From Pirellulales bacterium (GTDB lineage Bacteria > Planctomycetota > Planctomycetia > Pirellulales > Lacipirellulaceae): DNA of 64,000 nucleotides. The translations under genes were made by a program, and so were the position numbers. Below the pieces are notes generated by a model, which had not been told where the DNA came from, made no database searches, and saw only the letters and a list, made by a program, of their open reading frames with translations. The stretch lies in the NCBI GenBank assembly GCA_022448345.1, contig JAKVCB010000006.1, positions 11,083 to 75,082 of the forward strand, given 5' to 3'. Below are positions 38,379 through 47,291 of the stretch, piece by piece. Each line of letters starts with the position of its first letter. Position 1 is the first letter of the stretch.

Positions 38379-41300
38379 TCATTCATGGCGACGCGAAACG
38401 AGCGATGAGATGAAGACCAGTTGGGCCATAAGCGCCAAGGTCATCGGTTCGGGAATGGTAGCACTACGACCTGTTTCGGTGGCACCAAAATTGGTTTTCC
38501 ACACCAGGTAGTCGAACTGGCCAACCGGGCCTGTAGCAGTGGGGTCTCGATTCGGGAGTGTTGTGGTCCCAAGCCGATCGCGCCACACAGTGTAGTCGGC
38601 CGCATCGACAAGACCATTGCCGTCGTAATCGCCAGGCAGGCCAGCCAGGGTTGACTCCAGCAGCAGTTGTCCTGCGGTAAAGACCAGTGTGAACTTGTCG
38701 GCATCGGGTCCATCGAGTGTTATCCCGTAGTTGGCAATACTGCCGGCTTCCAGGATGGAGAACTGCTCGCCCAGGTTGGGAGAGTAATTGTCGGTGAGTG
38801 TGACTGCTAATTGTCCGCGGAGATACGCGTTTTGGAGAACCTCGAGCGTGTCAAATTCACCTGCAGAGGTGCCCCCGATCTCGATCTCCAGGACACTTTC
38901 TGATCCCATCGTAAAATCGCCTTTGACAGTCAGGGTTCCAACGCTGTGGCCGGGGCCGACGGTCGCTGCATCCACAGTGACATCACCGTTAACAATGCCC
39001 TCGCCGCCCAGCAAGCCGGCGTTGTGTTGGAAGGTACCCGTCTGATGTACCAGGTCAGAGTCAAGAACCAAACGGCCTGCACCTGATTTGGTCACGGTCT
39101 GGTTCTCAAAGTTGAACAAGCCTTCGAGTGTGAGCTCGGCCCCTGTGGCAACGTCGACCGTGGCGGATGTGGCGGCCGTAACCGGGGTAGTCCAGCGGTG
39201 GTTTCCACCGGCGACCGTGAGCTGGGCAGATCCGGTGTCGGCATCCAGCGTGAGCATCTGGTCTCCCTCGAGTTGGTAGGAACTTGTCCCATCAAGGGTA
39301 ATTTCGCGCACGGTTGCTGGAGAGTCGATCTGTACGGTGGTGACCGGAGATCCGGCCCCTGCAAACGCCACCCGGTGCTTGTCGTCGTTGGGAATTCCCG
39401 CTGGTGACCAGTTGGCCGGGTTGTGCCAGAGGCTGCTGGACGCAACCCACTGGTAATCGGTGGGAGGAGGCGGGGCTATCGATTCGAGGAGCAATTGTCC
39501 CGCGCCAAAAACGAGTTTGAATTTTCCGGCATCGGGTCCTCCGAGGGTGATTCCCTGATTGGCCACGCTGGTGGATTGTACAACTGGAAATTGCTCACCG
39601 AGGTCGGCAAAAAAATTGTCGGTAAGTGTGACCGATAACGTTCCGTTGAGGTAGGCACGCTGGTCCACGTGCAACGTGTCAAACTGACCGGCGGAGGTGC
39701 CCCCAATTTCGATCTCCAGGGTACTATTGGATCCCATCGTAAAATCACCGGCAACGGTTAATTGTCCAAGGTCGTGACCAGGTGCAACAGCTGCGCTACC
39801 AACCGTCAGGTCGCCGTTTACAACGCCGTTGCCTCCGACCAGTCCGCCGTTGTGTTGCAGTGTGCCAGCTTGGGCTGTGAAACCCGAGTCCAGATACAAC
39901 CTGCCTGAGCCAGACTTGATGACCTGTTGGTTTTCAAAATCAAGCCGTCCTGCAAGGGTCAGTTCGGCGCCCGCATGCACCTCGACCGAGGTTTGTGTCT
40001 CGGCCGTGACCGGAGTGGTCCAGGTATGACTGCCACCGGTAACTATTAACCGGGCAGTTCCCGTTGTGGCGTCGAGATTTAACGTTTGGTCTCCTTCAAG
40101 CTGGTAGGAACTTGACCCGTCGAGCGTGATTTCGCGCACGGATACGGGTGAATCAACAGTGACGGTGGTGACAGAGGTCATCGCACCGCTGAACGCCACG
40201 GTGTTGTTACTTCCATTGGGAACACCTGCGGGGGACCAACTGGACGAATTGTGCCAGCTTCCCCCAGAGGTGTTCCACGCGTAGTCGGTTGCAGGGGAAA
40301 AATGGATCAGGTGCAACTGGTCGAGGTGCACATCTTCGACCTGGCTGGTGGTTCCCCCTGGCCAAAGAATATCGAGATCGACCGGGCCAACAATATTCCC
40401 CAATCCAAAATGCAAGGTAGGTTCGTTTTGGTTTCCTTCTCCCGTACCAAATTCAACCTGGCGCATGAAGGTCTGGCCACCAGAGGTGATGCGGACTTGG
40501 GTTCCTACCGCGTCGCGATTGACGGTATCCCCATCGCCGACCATTTTCAGCTTCAACCAATGATGGCTGTTATGGGTATCGTTGCGAAAAAGTGTGCCTC
40601 CCGTTGCCAGGTCAAGATCGCCATCGTTATCGTAGTCTGCAAATGCAGCCTGGTAGGTAACGTGGATGCCGCTCAACCCTTCTGCAGCAGTGACATCGGT
40701 GAAATTCCAATTGCCGTTGTTACGATAAAGCCGGGGAGTATCCCCCGGGTACACGGCCGTAAAAAAGAGATCAAGATCCCCGTCGTTGTCGTAATCCCCC
40801 AAGGCCGGCGATGCGTACGACTCTTGCCAGCCAACTCCGCCCTGGCCCATGTCTTCGAACGTGTAGCCTTGCGCTGGGCCGCGGTTGCGGAGAAAGCGAG
40901 ATTCTGGTTGGCGCTGTGGCCCTGAGTAGCCTGCGTCGTGTGCGAAGTTTCCGACGAACAAATCAATTTCTCCGTCGTTGTTGATATCTCCCCAGGCCGA
41001 CCCGATTGTATGTCCCCAGTGGCCGTTGGCCACTCCACCCTGCACGCCATAGCTGCCAGCCTGCTCCGAAAAAATTCCGCTGCCGTCGTTGACCTGCAGT
41101 TGGTTTGGCAGCAACCGGTAATTGGAGACGTACACATCAATGTCCCCGTCACGGTCGAAGTCGGCGGATGTGATACCGCGCCCTGGCCGCGGTGTTGGCT
41201 GGGTCCACGTGTTGCTAAATCCCGTTCCCAGGTTATTGTGCAAAATAATGTCGCTGTAGTTGGCATGGCCCCAGATTTCGTAACCACCGGTGTACAGGTC

Positions 41301-41852
41301 AAGATAACCGTCATTATCATGGTCAGCCCAACTGGCTCCGCGACTCATCTGTGTAGGCAGCGAGGGAAAATTGGCGACCGAAAAACTGTTGCCCGAATTG
41401 TTGCGATACAGTTCCTGGGCGCTGAACGCATAGAAGTCGAGCCATCCGTCGTTGTCGTAGTCTCCCCATAGTCCATCCACATTGGAGCTACCGTTTAACT
41501 TGGATCCCGGTTCGAGAGTCGCTGTCGAAAAATTAACGCCACTGTTGTTGCGCAGGAGTGTCCCGTAGAAACTGAGGTCCACAAACCCATCGTTGTCGTA
41601 GTCTCCCCACGCCAACTGGTTGGTTGAAGCGAGGTCTGGCATGACGGTCGCAGTCACGTCGGTAAAGTCTCCCAGCGCAATTCTTGCAGAAAGTAAAACG
41701 ACCAGGCTCACCCATCGGAGAAGGTAACCACCACAGATGGTTCGATCGTTGGTGACCAGGGGTTCTTGCATAACGATCAAAGCCCTATGGCGCGAGCATG
41801 CACAGACGATTTCCCTGGCCCCGATGTTTGGGGCCGAGTAACCCGAATTCAT
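38379..41852 (-). CDS. Surface protein: FG-GAP/VCBS repeats with an ASPIC/UnbV-like domain (CRTAC1-like), two copies of the 276-aa module, a dockerin-like loop and a PEP-CTERM anchor
   Basis: Repeated Ca-loop motifs WGDYDNDGFVDL, WGDYDNDGWLDFY, SADFDRDGDIDVYV and LGDYDNDGDLDLFF. HWLKLKMVGDG..NRDAVGTQVRI is UnbV-like. Two modules carry P(A/V)(T/S)VREITLDG(S/T)SSYQLEG. The C-terminus is GDYDGNGLVDAADYTVW ... IPEPMTLALMAQLVFISSLVSRRHE. An alternative start lies at 41771. Confidence 0.8.
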   Translation of the reverse strand: MNSGYSAPNIGAREIVCACSRHRALIVMQEPLVTNDRTICGGYLLRWVSLVVLLSARIALGDFTDVTATVMPDLASTNQLAWGDYDNDGFVDLSFYGTLLRNNSGVNFSTATLEPGSKLNGSSNVDGLWGDYDNDGWLDFYAFSAQELYRNNSGNSFSVANFPSLPTQMSRGASWADHDNDGYLDLYTGGYEIWGHANYSDIILHNNLGTGFSNTWTQPTPRPGRGITSADFDRDGDIDVYVSNYRLLPNQLQVNDGSGIFSEQAGSYGVQGGVANGHWGHTIGSAWGDINNDGEIDLFVGNFAHDAGYSGPQRQPESRFLRNRGPAQGYTFEDMGQGGVGWQESYASPALGDYDNDGDLDLFFTAVYPGDTPRLYRNNGNWNFTDVTAAEGLSGIHVTYQAAFADYDNDGDLDLATGGTLFRNDTHNSHHWLKLKMVGDGDTVNRDAVGTQVRITSGGQTFMRQVEFGTGEGNQNEPTLHFGLGNIVGPVDLDILWPGGTTSQVEDVHLDQLHLIHFSPATDYAWNTSGGSWHNSSSWSPAGVPNGSNNTVAFSGAMTSVTTVTVDSPVSVREITLDGSSSYQLEGDQTLNLDATTGTARLIVTGGSHTWTTPVTAETQTSVEVHAGAELTLAGRLDFENQQVIKSGSGRLYLDSGFTAQAGTLQHNGGLVGGNGVVNGDLTVGSAAVAPGHDLGQLTVAGDFTMGSNSTLEIEIGGTSAGQFDTLHVDQRAYLNGTLSVTLTDNFFADLGEQFPVVQSTSVANQGITLGGPDAGKFKLVFGAGQLLLESIAPPPPTDYQWVASSSLWHNPANWSPAGIPNDDKHRVAFAGAGSPVTTVQIDSPATVREITLDGTSSYQLEGDQMLTLDADTGSAQLTVAGGNHRWTTPVTAATSATVDVATGAELTLEGLFNFENQTVTKSGAGRLVLDSDLVHQTGTFQHNAGLLGGEGIVNGDVTVDAATVGPGHSVGTLTVKGDFTMGSESVLEIEIGGTSAGEFDTLEVLQNAYLRGQLAVTLTDNYSPNLGEQFSILEAGSIANYGITLDGPDADKFTLVFTAGQLLLESTLAGLPGDYDGNGLVDAADYTVWRDRLGTTTLPNRDPTATGPVGQFDYLVWKTNFGATETGRSATIPEPMTLALMAQLVFISSLVSRRHE
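38650..40290 (-). repeat. Two tandem copies of the same 828-bp module family found in 32942-36484
   Basis: The gtgccag landmark (the W-H-N codons on the minus strand) occurs at 39423 and 40251, a period of 828 bp. The protein repeats align with those of the trypsin-like gene. Confidence 0.8.
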
Positions 41853-42142
41853 GCTTCAATTGCGAGAAATCCATTGTAACACGCTTCGTCACTGGCAACC
41901 CGGAAACGCCCCGTTTATTCGCGGTTGTCAGAAAGTATCGCAAAGCCGTTCGAGGGCGCGTTTTCTCTTGCCGCGTTTTTGTCACGTGGTCCCACGAGAG
42001 ACGTTTTGCCAGTCAACGAATCGGGTCAGCGAAAGCAATAAGGCCTGTGCCAGTTCACGCCAGCCTGACGAATCCGTACCCGATGTAGAACCGGCCAGTT
42101 CGCCCCAGGGGCTTGGCACGCAGTTGCCAGACAAACGATCTT

Positions 42143-43282
42143 TCAGGGCGCAAAAACGACCTTCAGGCATTCTCCCGCCAGGGCTGTGTCGATGGCCTCC
42201 TGCGCCTTGTCCAAGGGGAACCGGTGGGTGACAAAGCGGTCCAGTGGCAACTGGTCTTGATAGCGCAACATCATTTCCATGCTGGGCTGGTAGGCCGTGA
42301 ATGGATGGTTACTCAGGCCAATCAGGCGCAGGCTTTTGCTAACAATCAGGTGGGGGTTAAAACTGATTTCCCCCATGTCAACAAAAACCCCTTCCAGCAA
42401 ATACATTCCACCACGTCGTATCCAGGGGAGCGCTTGTGGCACGGCCTCGGGTTCACCAGTACACTCGATCGCGACGTCAGTGCCCCGTCCGTCGGTCCAC
42501 TGCTGGACAAGCTCCAACAGTTGGGCGTCGGAGTGGTCCTCGATATTGGCAACATGATCGGCACCAAATGACCTGGCCGCTTCGAGTCGGCAGGGGATTT
42601 TGTCAATCACGATGACCGTGCCGGCCCCCATCATGCGGGCCATAATCAGGTGCGCAATTCCCAGCGGGCCGGCCCCTTGAATCAAGACACTCCCGCCGGT
42701 CAAAAATCCTTCTGCCGCAAGGCTGGAAAAGTCTTTGAGTTTATCGAGGGCAAAAGCACAGGCCATCAGCTCAGTGTAGACTGCCAGTTCCGGTTCCAAT
42801 CCGTCCGGAACTTTGTAGACAAACGCTTCCGGGATGATCACCATCTTTTCTGCCCAACCTCCCATCAACGGATGTTGGTCGGCACGAAACGAGTTGCCGT
42901 AACCTCGCCAGTTTTCACACCAGGAGTAACCAAAGATGTGTCGGCAGTTGTAGCATTGGCCACACACCACGTCGGGGCACATGGTAATACGGTCACCTTC
43001 GCGAATGGGTTGTCCGTAGAAGTCGGTTTTTCCGGGAGAAACTTCGATCGCAATGCCAACATTCTCATGTCCCGGGATAAGCGGGAAGGGCGAAGTTTGC
43101 TGGTTGACAGTTCCGCCGTACTGCGTGGTTTCGCCCCGGTAGGTGTGTTTGTCGGTGCCGCAGATGCCGCTCATTTCGGTCTTCATGATCAGGCCACCGG
43201 CAGGGCATGGGGGGACCTCATATTCCCGCACTTCAATTTTCCCGGGTTCAACAATAGTAGCTGCTTTGGCGGTGGGGCGCAT
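42143..43282 (-). CDS. Zinc-dependent medium-chain alcohol/polyol dehydrogenase (MDR family)
   Basis: GICGTDKHTYRGE and GHENVG (catalytic Zn), the Cys cluster CPDVVCGQCYNCRH (structural Zn), and the Rossmann segment VLIQGAGPLG. Confidence 0.85.
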   Translation of the reverse strand: MRPTAKAATIVEPGKIEVREYEVPPCPAGGLIMKTEMSGICGTDKHTYRGETTQYGGTVNQQTSPFPLIPGHENVGIAIEVSPGKTDFYGQPIREGDRITMCPDVVCGQCYNCRHIFGYSWCENWRGYGNSFRADQHPLMGGWAEKMVIIPEAFVYKVPDGLEPELAVYTELMACAFALDKLKDFSSLAAEGFLTGGSVLIQGAGPLGIAHLIMARMMGAGTVIVIDKIPCRLEAARSFGADHVANIEDHSDAQLLELVQQWTDGRGTDVAIECTGEPEAVPQALPWIRRGGMYLLEGVFVDMGEISFNPHLIVSKSLRLIGLSNHPFTAYQPSMEMMLRYQDQLPLDRFVTHRFPLDKAQEAIDTALAGECLKVVFAP

Positions 43283-43592
43283 CGAAGGATCCTGGTGGTG
43301 AATTCACACCGGTAATTGTCAAACGGGAAAAAGGACCCCAGTGAGTATAAGGTCTTCTTTTCGTAATTAAAGTTGTCTTTTGGAATGGTCTCTGTCGATG
43401 CGCACTGTTTGATGCGAGGCTGACAAAGTGTGGGGTATCTGCAAGAATTGGTCCTGTCCCCCAGGTAGGAGATTTTCCCATGCGATGGGTCCACCGAGTC
43501 GAGCGAACGCAGTCGGCGCGGACGGGTTGCCTGCGGGGGAAATCTTCCACAACAAACCGTTGCTTTGAATCTTCCAGACAGTCGGATCTATT

Positions 43593-44366
43593 ATGGACAT
43601 AGAACTATGGCACATCTTGTTGTTAACACTGGTCGGCATTGCCGCTGGTTTTTTGAATGTCGTCGCGGGGGGCGGTTCGCTGCTGACGCTGCCGGTCATG
43701 GTTTTTCTCGGGATGACCGGTCCAGAGGCAAACGGGACAAATCGGATTGCGATTCTGGCACAGAATATTGCCGCCGTGGGAGGCTTTCGCCGGCAAGGTT
43801 TTTCCAATTTTAAGTTGAGTGTGACGCTGGCTCTATGCGCGTTACCGGGGGCCCTTGCAGGTGCCTACCTGGGAACCCGATTAGATGGTGTGTTGTTCAA
43901 ACGGGTACTGGCTGGCATCATGATCGGTGTGATGCTGCTGATGCTGTTTAAGAAGAAGCGGCCCCAGGGGTCTGAGGATTTAACCGAACTGGCTCCTCCT
44001 GGCTCGAGCCGTTTCATTGCCGCCCACCTGTTGATGGTCCTGGTTGGTTTTTACGGAGGTTTTATTCAGGCCGGACTGGGATTCTTGTTGATGTTTGTGT
44101 TGCATCGCGTGCTGGGCGAAAATCTTGTTCGGGTCAACATGCACAAGGTGTTTATCATTGGCAGCTATACGTTCTTTGCCTTGGGTATTTTCGCCTGGCA
44201 AGGCAAGGTCGAGTGGCTACCTGGCCTGGGGTTGGCAGCAGGGAATGCGGCAGGCGGTTGGTGTGGTTCTTATTTCTCGGTAAAGCGAGGAGAAAGGGCG
44301 ATTAAATTTGTTTTTTACACCGCGCTGTTAGCCATGGCTGCCAACTTACTGTTCGGTGAACCTTAA
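43593..44366 (+). CDS. TauE/SafE (TSUP) family anion/sulfite exporter-like membrane protein
   Basis: 257 aa and about 8 TM helices, with the duplicated motif GGGSLLTLPVMVFLG / GTNRIAIL. Confidence 0.75.
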   Translation: MDIELWHILLLTLVGIAAGFLNVVAGGGSLLTLPVMVFLGMTGPEANGTNRIAILAQNIAAVGGFRRQGFSNFKLSVTLALCALPGALAGAYLGTRLDGVLFKRVLAGIMIGVMLLMLFKKKRPQGSEDLTELAPPGSSRFIAAHLLMVLVGFYGGFIQAGLGFLLMFVLHRVLGENLVRVNMHKVFIIGSYTFFALGIFAWQGKVEWLPGLGLAAGNAAGGWCGSYFSVKRGERAIKFVFYTALLAMAANLLFGEP

Positions 44367-44381
44367 GATCATGCCCAAGTG

Positions 44382-46778
44382 TCAGGCCCGAAGTGCTGAA
44401 CGGCACGTTGCGACGATACTGGCCGAATCGATCTTGTACTCCTGGTAAAGGTCGACCGTACTTCCCGATTGCCCAAAGCCAACAACTCCCAGGGGCCACA
44501 ACCGTGAGCCCAGGGCGCTACCGATCCAGGCGAGCGAATGTGGGTGGGCGTCGACCACGGTCACAATCGGGGCGACTCGTTCCCGGGGCAGTATGAGCTG
44601 ATTGAGCAGCGTCTCTTCTGCAATGTTGGTTTCAAGAGAACGATGTTGGGCCCGCTGGAAATCATGATAGAGCGGTCCAGGGCCTGTCACATTGACGAGA
44701 TTTGCAAAAATTCCCTCTGCTTCGAGTTGCTGCTGGGCTTCCAGGGCCTCGGGGACCATGGCACCACAGGCAAAGATGTGGACGACGTTTTGGCTGGGAT
44801 CATAACCAGTCTGCGACCGTGCACTCCGCAGAACGTAAGCCCCCGCCAGCACCTGGCGACGGAGTTGTTCCTTTTCCGTTTCGCTGGTGGGAGTGGGGCC
44901 GAGCTCTTGGTTGACCGGCTTGGTCGTTAAGCGCAGGTAGGTGGAGCTTGTGCGGTTCTGGATACGTGTCAGGGCGTCGAGCATAATCCACTCGAGCTCC
45001 TGGGCAAAACAGGGTTCGTACGCTTCCAACTCGGGTAGTTCAACTCCGATCGAACTGGTCATCAAGGACTGGTGGGCGCCACCTTCCCCGGCAAGCGTGA
45101 TCCCCGACGGGGTACCCACGGTAATAAATTTGGCGCCCGAGTAGATGCCATAAAAAAAAGCGTCGAGTCCGCGGCGGACAAAGGGATCGTAGAGGGTGCC
45201 AATCGGAAACAGCGTTTCGCCAAACAACTCGTGGGAAAGACCAAACTGGCCAAGTGTCATAAACAGGTTGTTTTCGGAGATTCCCAGTTCCAAATGCCGG
45301 CCCTGGGGTGAAAGACTCCAGCGAAGGATTCCCTCTTCGTTATCTTCGGGAAGTGGTTCTGCAGTCTCCAGCCCCCACACGCCTTGTTTGGTAATCCAGC
45401 CACCAAGGTTGGTCGAACTGGCGACATCGGGGCTCATGGTCACCACGCGACGGGCGGTTTCTGCGCACTCGCGGGCGAGTGCGTTGAGAATGGCTCCAAA
45501 CGTCTGTTGGGTGCTGCGGCTACCCCGGTATTGAATGGAGAGTTCGGTTGGAATTTTTCCCGGTGGTTGGGTCGTTTGGCGACCTTCGGTGTGAATCTGG
45601 TCGTTTTCCGGACCATCGATCCGGGTGGCAACCTGGTTGCAGAGCAAACCCTCAGCGCTTTGCGGGTCAAACCGCTCCCATTGCTCGGCATCCGGGATTT
45701 GTAAATCGTTGCGAAGGATTTCCATTTGTTCGTCGGACAATAAGACCGAATGATTTTGAGGGTGTCCAACCGAAGGTAATCTCCAGCCCTTGAGTGTGTA
45801 TGCAAAAATAATGGCAGGCCCCGGATTTTCCGTTGCGGATGCGAGGGCATTTTCCATCGTCTCGATATCATGGCCACCCAGGTTCCAGAACAGGTCGTGA
45901 AGTTCGGCATCGGTCCACCGGTCGAGCAAGCGGCGAAGTTCCTTAGGATACCGACTTTTTTGCGGTAACCACTCCCGGAGTTCCGCAGGTGACAATCGCA
46001 GAAGGCGTTGGTAGGCATCGTTGGATAGTTCGTCGATGCAAATTCGGAGCAACTCGCCGTTGGGCTCCCCAAACGCTGCTTGCAGCCGTCCACCATATTT
46101 CGCGTTGATCACTTTCCAACCGTTGGCCGCGAACATTTCCCGCCAACAGCGGACCCGAATTCCGGGAATCACCCGATCGAGGCTCTGGCGGTTCAGATCG
46201 ACGACCCACAGAATGTCATCGACTCCTTCCATTGCCGGTTCGGCGATTGCTTCCCAGACCGATCCTTCATCCAACTCGGCGTCCCCCAACACGCTGACAA
46301 AACGGCGCCGTGTGTCGTTGCTGACAAGGCCATGGGTGTGCAGATAACTGTTGGCAAGCGCAGCCAGGTTAGGAGCTACTGCCCCCAGCCCTACCGATCC
46401 GGTGGAGAAATCAACTCGATCAGGGTCCTTGGTACGACTCGGATACGCCTGCAGTCCATGAAAGTCACGCAGCCCTTTCAGTTGGGACTGGTCGAGTTTT
46501 CCCAGCAGGTATTGAATGGCATGGAAGACGGGCGACGCGTGTGGCTTGATCGAGATCAGGTCGCCCTGACGCAGGTAGTTAAAGTAAAGCGTTGTGAGGA
46601 TCGTCACGACCGACGCACTGGAGGTCTGATGCCCGCCAACCTTGAGCTTGTCTTTTTTAGGGCGATGATGATTTGCGTAGTGGACTTGTTGGATCGCCAG
46701 CCATAGTACCCGCTGCTCAATTTTTTCGAGCGTTGTAGTCCGATCCGATTGAGGAAGATCAAGTGTTGAAAGATCCAT
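44382..46778 (-). CDS. Thiamine-diphosphate enzyme related to homodimeric pyruvate dehydrogenase E1 (AceE-like) / transketolase superfamily
   Basis: VGGHQTSSASVVTILTTLYF (compare GGHI.S..S in AceE), LGDAELDEGSVWEA (ThDP GDG-x-DE motif), VVDLNRQSLD, and a transketolase-like C-terminal half. Confidence 0.65.
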   Translation of the reverse strand: MDLSTLDLPQSDRTTTLEKIEQRVLWLAIQQVHYANHHRPKKDKLKVGGHQTSSASVVTILTTLYFNYLRQGDLISIKPHASPVFHAIQYLLGKLDQSQLKGLRDFHGLQAYPSRTKDPDRVDFSTGSVGLGAVAPNLAALANSYLHTHGLVSNDTRRRFVSVLGDAELDEGSVWEAIAEPAMEGVDDILWVVDLNRQSLDRVIPGIRVRCWREMFAANGWKVINAKYGGRLQAAFGEPNGELLRICIDELSNDAYQRLLRLSPAELREWLPQKSRYPKELRRLLDRWTDAELHDLFWNLGGHDIETMENALASATENPGPAIIFAYTLKGWRLPSVGHPQNHSVLLSDEQMEILRNDLQIPDAEQWERFDPQSAEGLLCNQVATRIDGPENDQIHTEGRQTTQPPGKIPTELSIQYRGSRSTQQTFGAILNALARECAETARRVVTMSPDVASSTNLGGWITKQGVWGLETAEPLPEDNEEGILRWSLSPQGRHLELGISENNLFMTLGQFGLSHELFGETLFPIGTLYDPFVRRGLDAFFYGIYSGAKFITVGTPSGITLAGEGGAHQSLMTSSIGVELPELEAYEPCFAQELEWIMLDALTRIQNRTSSTYLRLTTKPVNQELGPTPTSETEKEQLRRQVLAGAYVLRSARSQTGYDPSQNVVHIFACGAMVPEALEAQQQLEAEGIFANLVNVTGPGPLYHDFQRAQHRSLETNIAEETLLNQLILPRERVAPIVTVVDAHPHSLAWIGSALGSRLWPLGVVGFGQSGSTVDLYQEYKIDSASIVATCRSALRA

Positions 46779-47074
46779 TAAATTCTACCGTGGTGACCCA
46801 GTGTGAGACGCAAAGTGGTTTCGGTGTGAATTATAGCGCGTGGTGAAAGATGGTTCTACCTATAGGCCGTGTCCGTTGCCGCTCATCGGAACGCCTCGGG
46901 AGAACTGCAATCTCCAGGCACTTTCTGTTTCTCAACCAACAGAAGTCACGGCAAGCCTTCTGGAAGCCAGTTTTTTACGGCTTGTGGTTTCAAAATCTTT
47001 CAGCCAACTATTTTGCATCCAGGTTGAGTTGGACCTCAAGGAGCCTCTGTTTTTCTCTCCCGCGGCAGCAGGCC

Positions 47075-47125
47075 ACTTGTATATTGTGAAGAAAAATTTT
47101 TATTTTCATGATACAATCAGGATAG
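47075..47125 (+). promoter_or_regulatory. AT-rich tract upstream of the giant fibre gene (possible promoter region)
   Basis: ttgtatattgtgaagaaaaatttttattttcatgatacaat is the most AT-rich stretch I saw in the window and contains tacaat at 47112-47117. No well-spaced -35 element was found. Confidence 0.25.
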
Positions 47126-47291
47126 GTAAGTTTGAGGGCGATTTTACGAGTTGCTTGGCAGATGTCATCAAGTGTGCATGTCCATTGCGGGAAGATGCCT
47201 CGTGGGGGCAATTGGGCGGTCCGAGTGGCTCCCTGTCGTTAGAAGCAGATCTGGTCCAGTCAACGTTTTACAATTTTCCCTGATTGATCTA

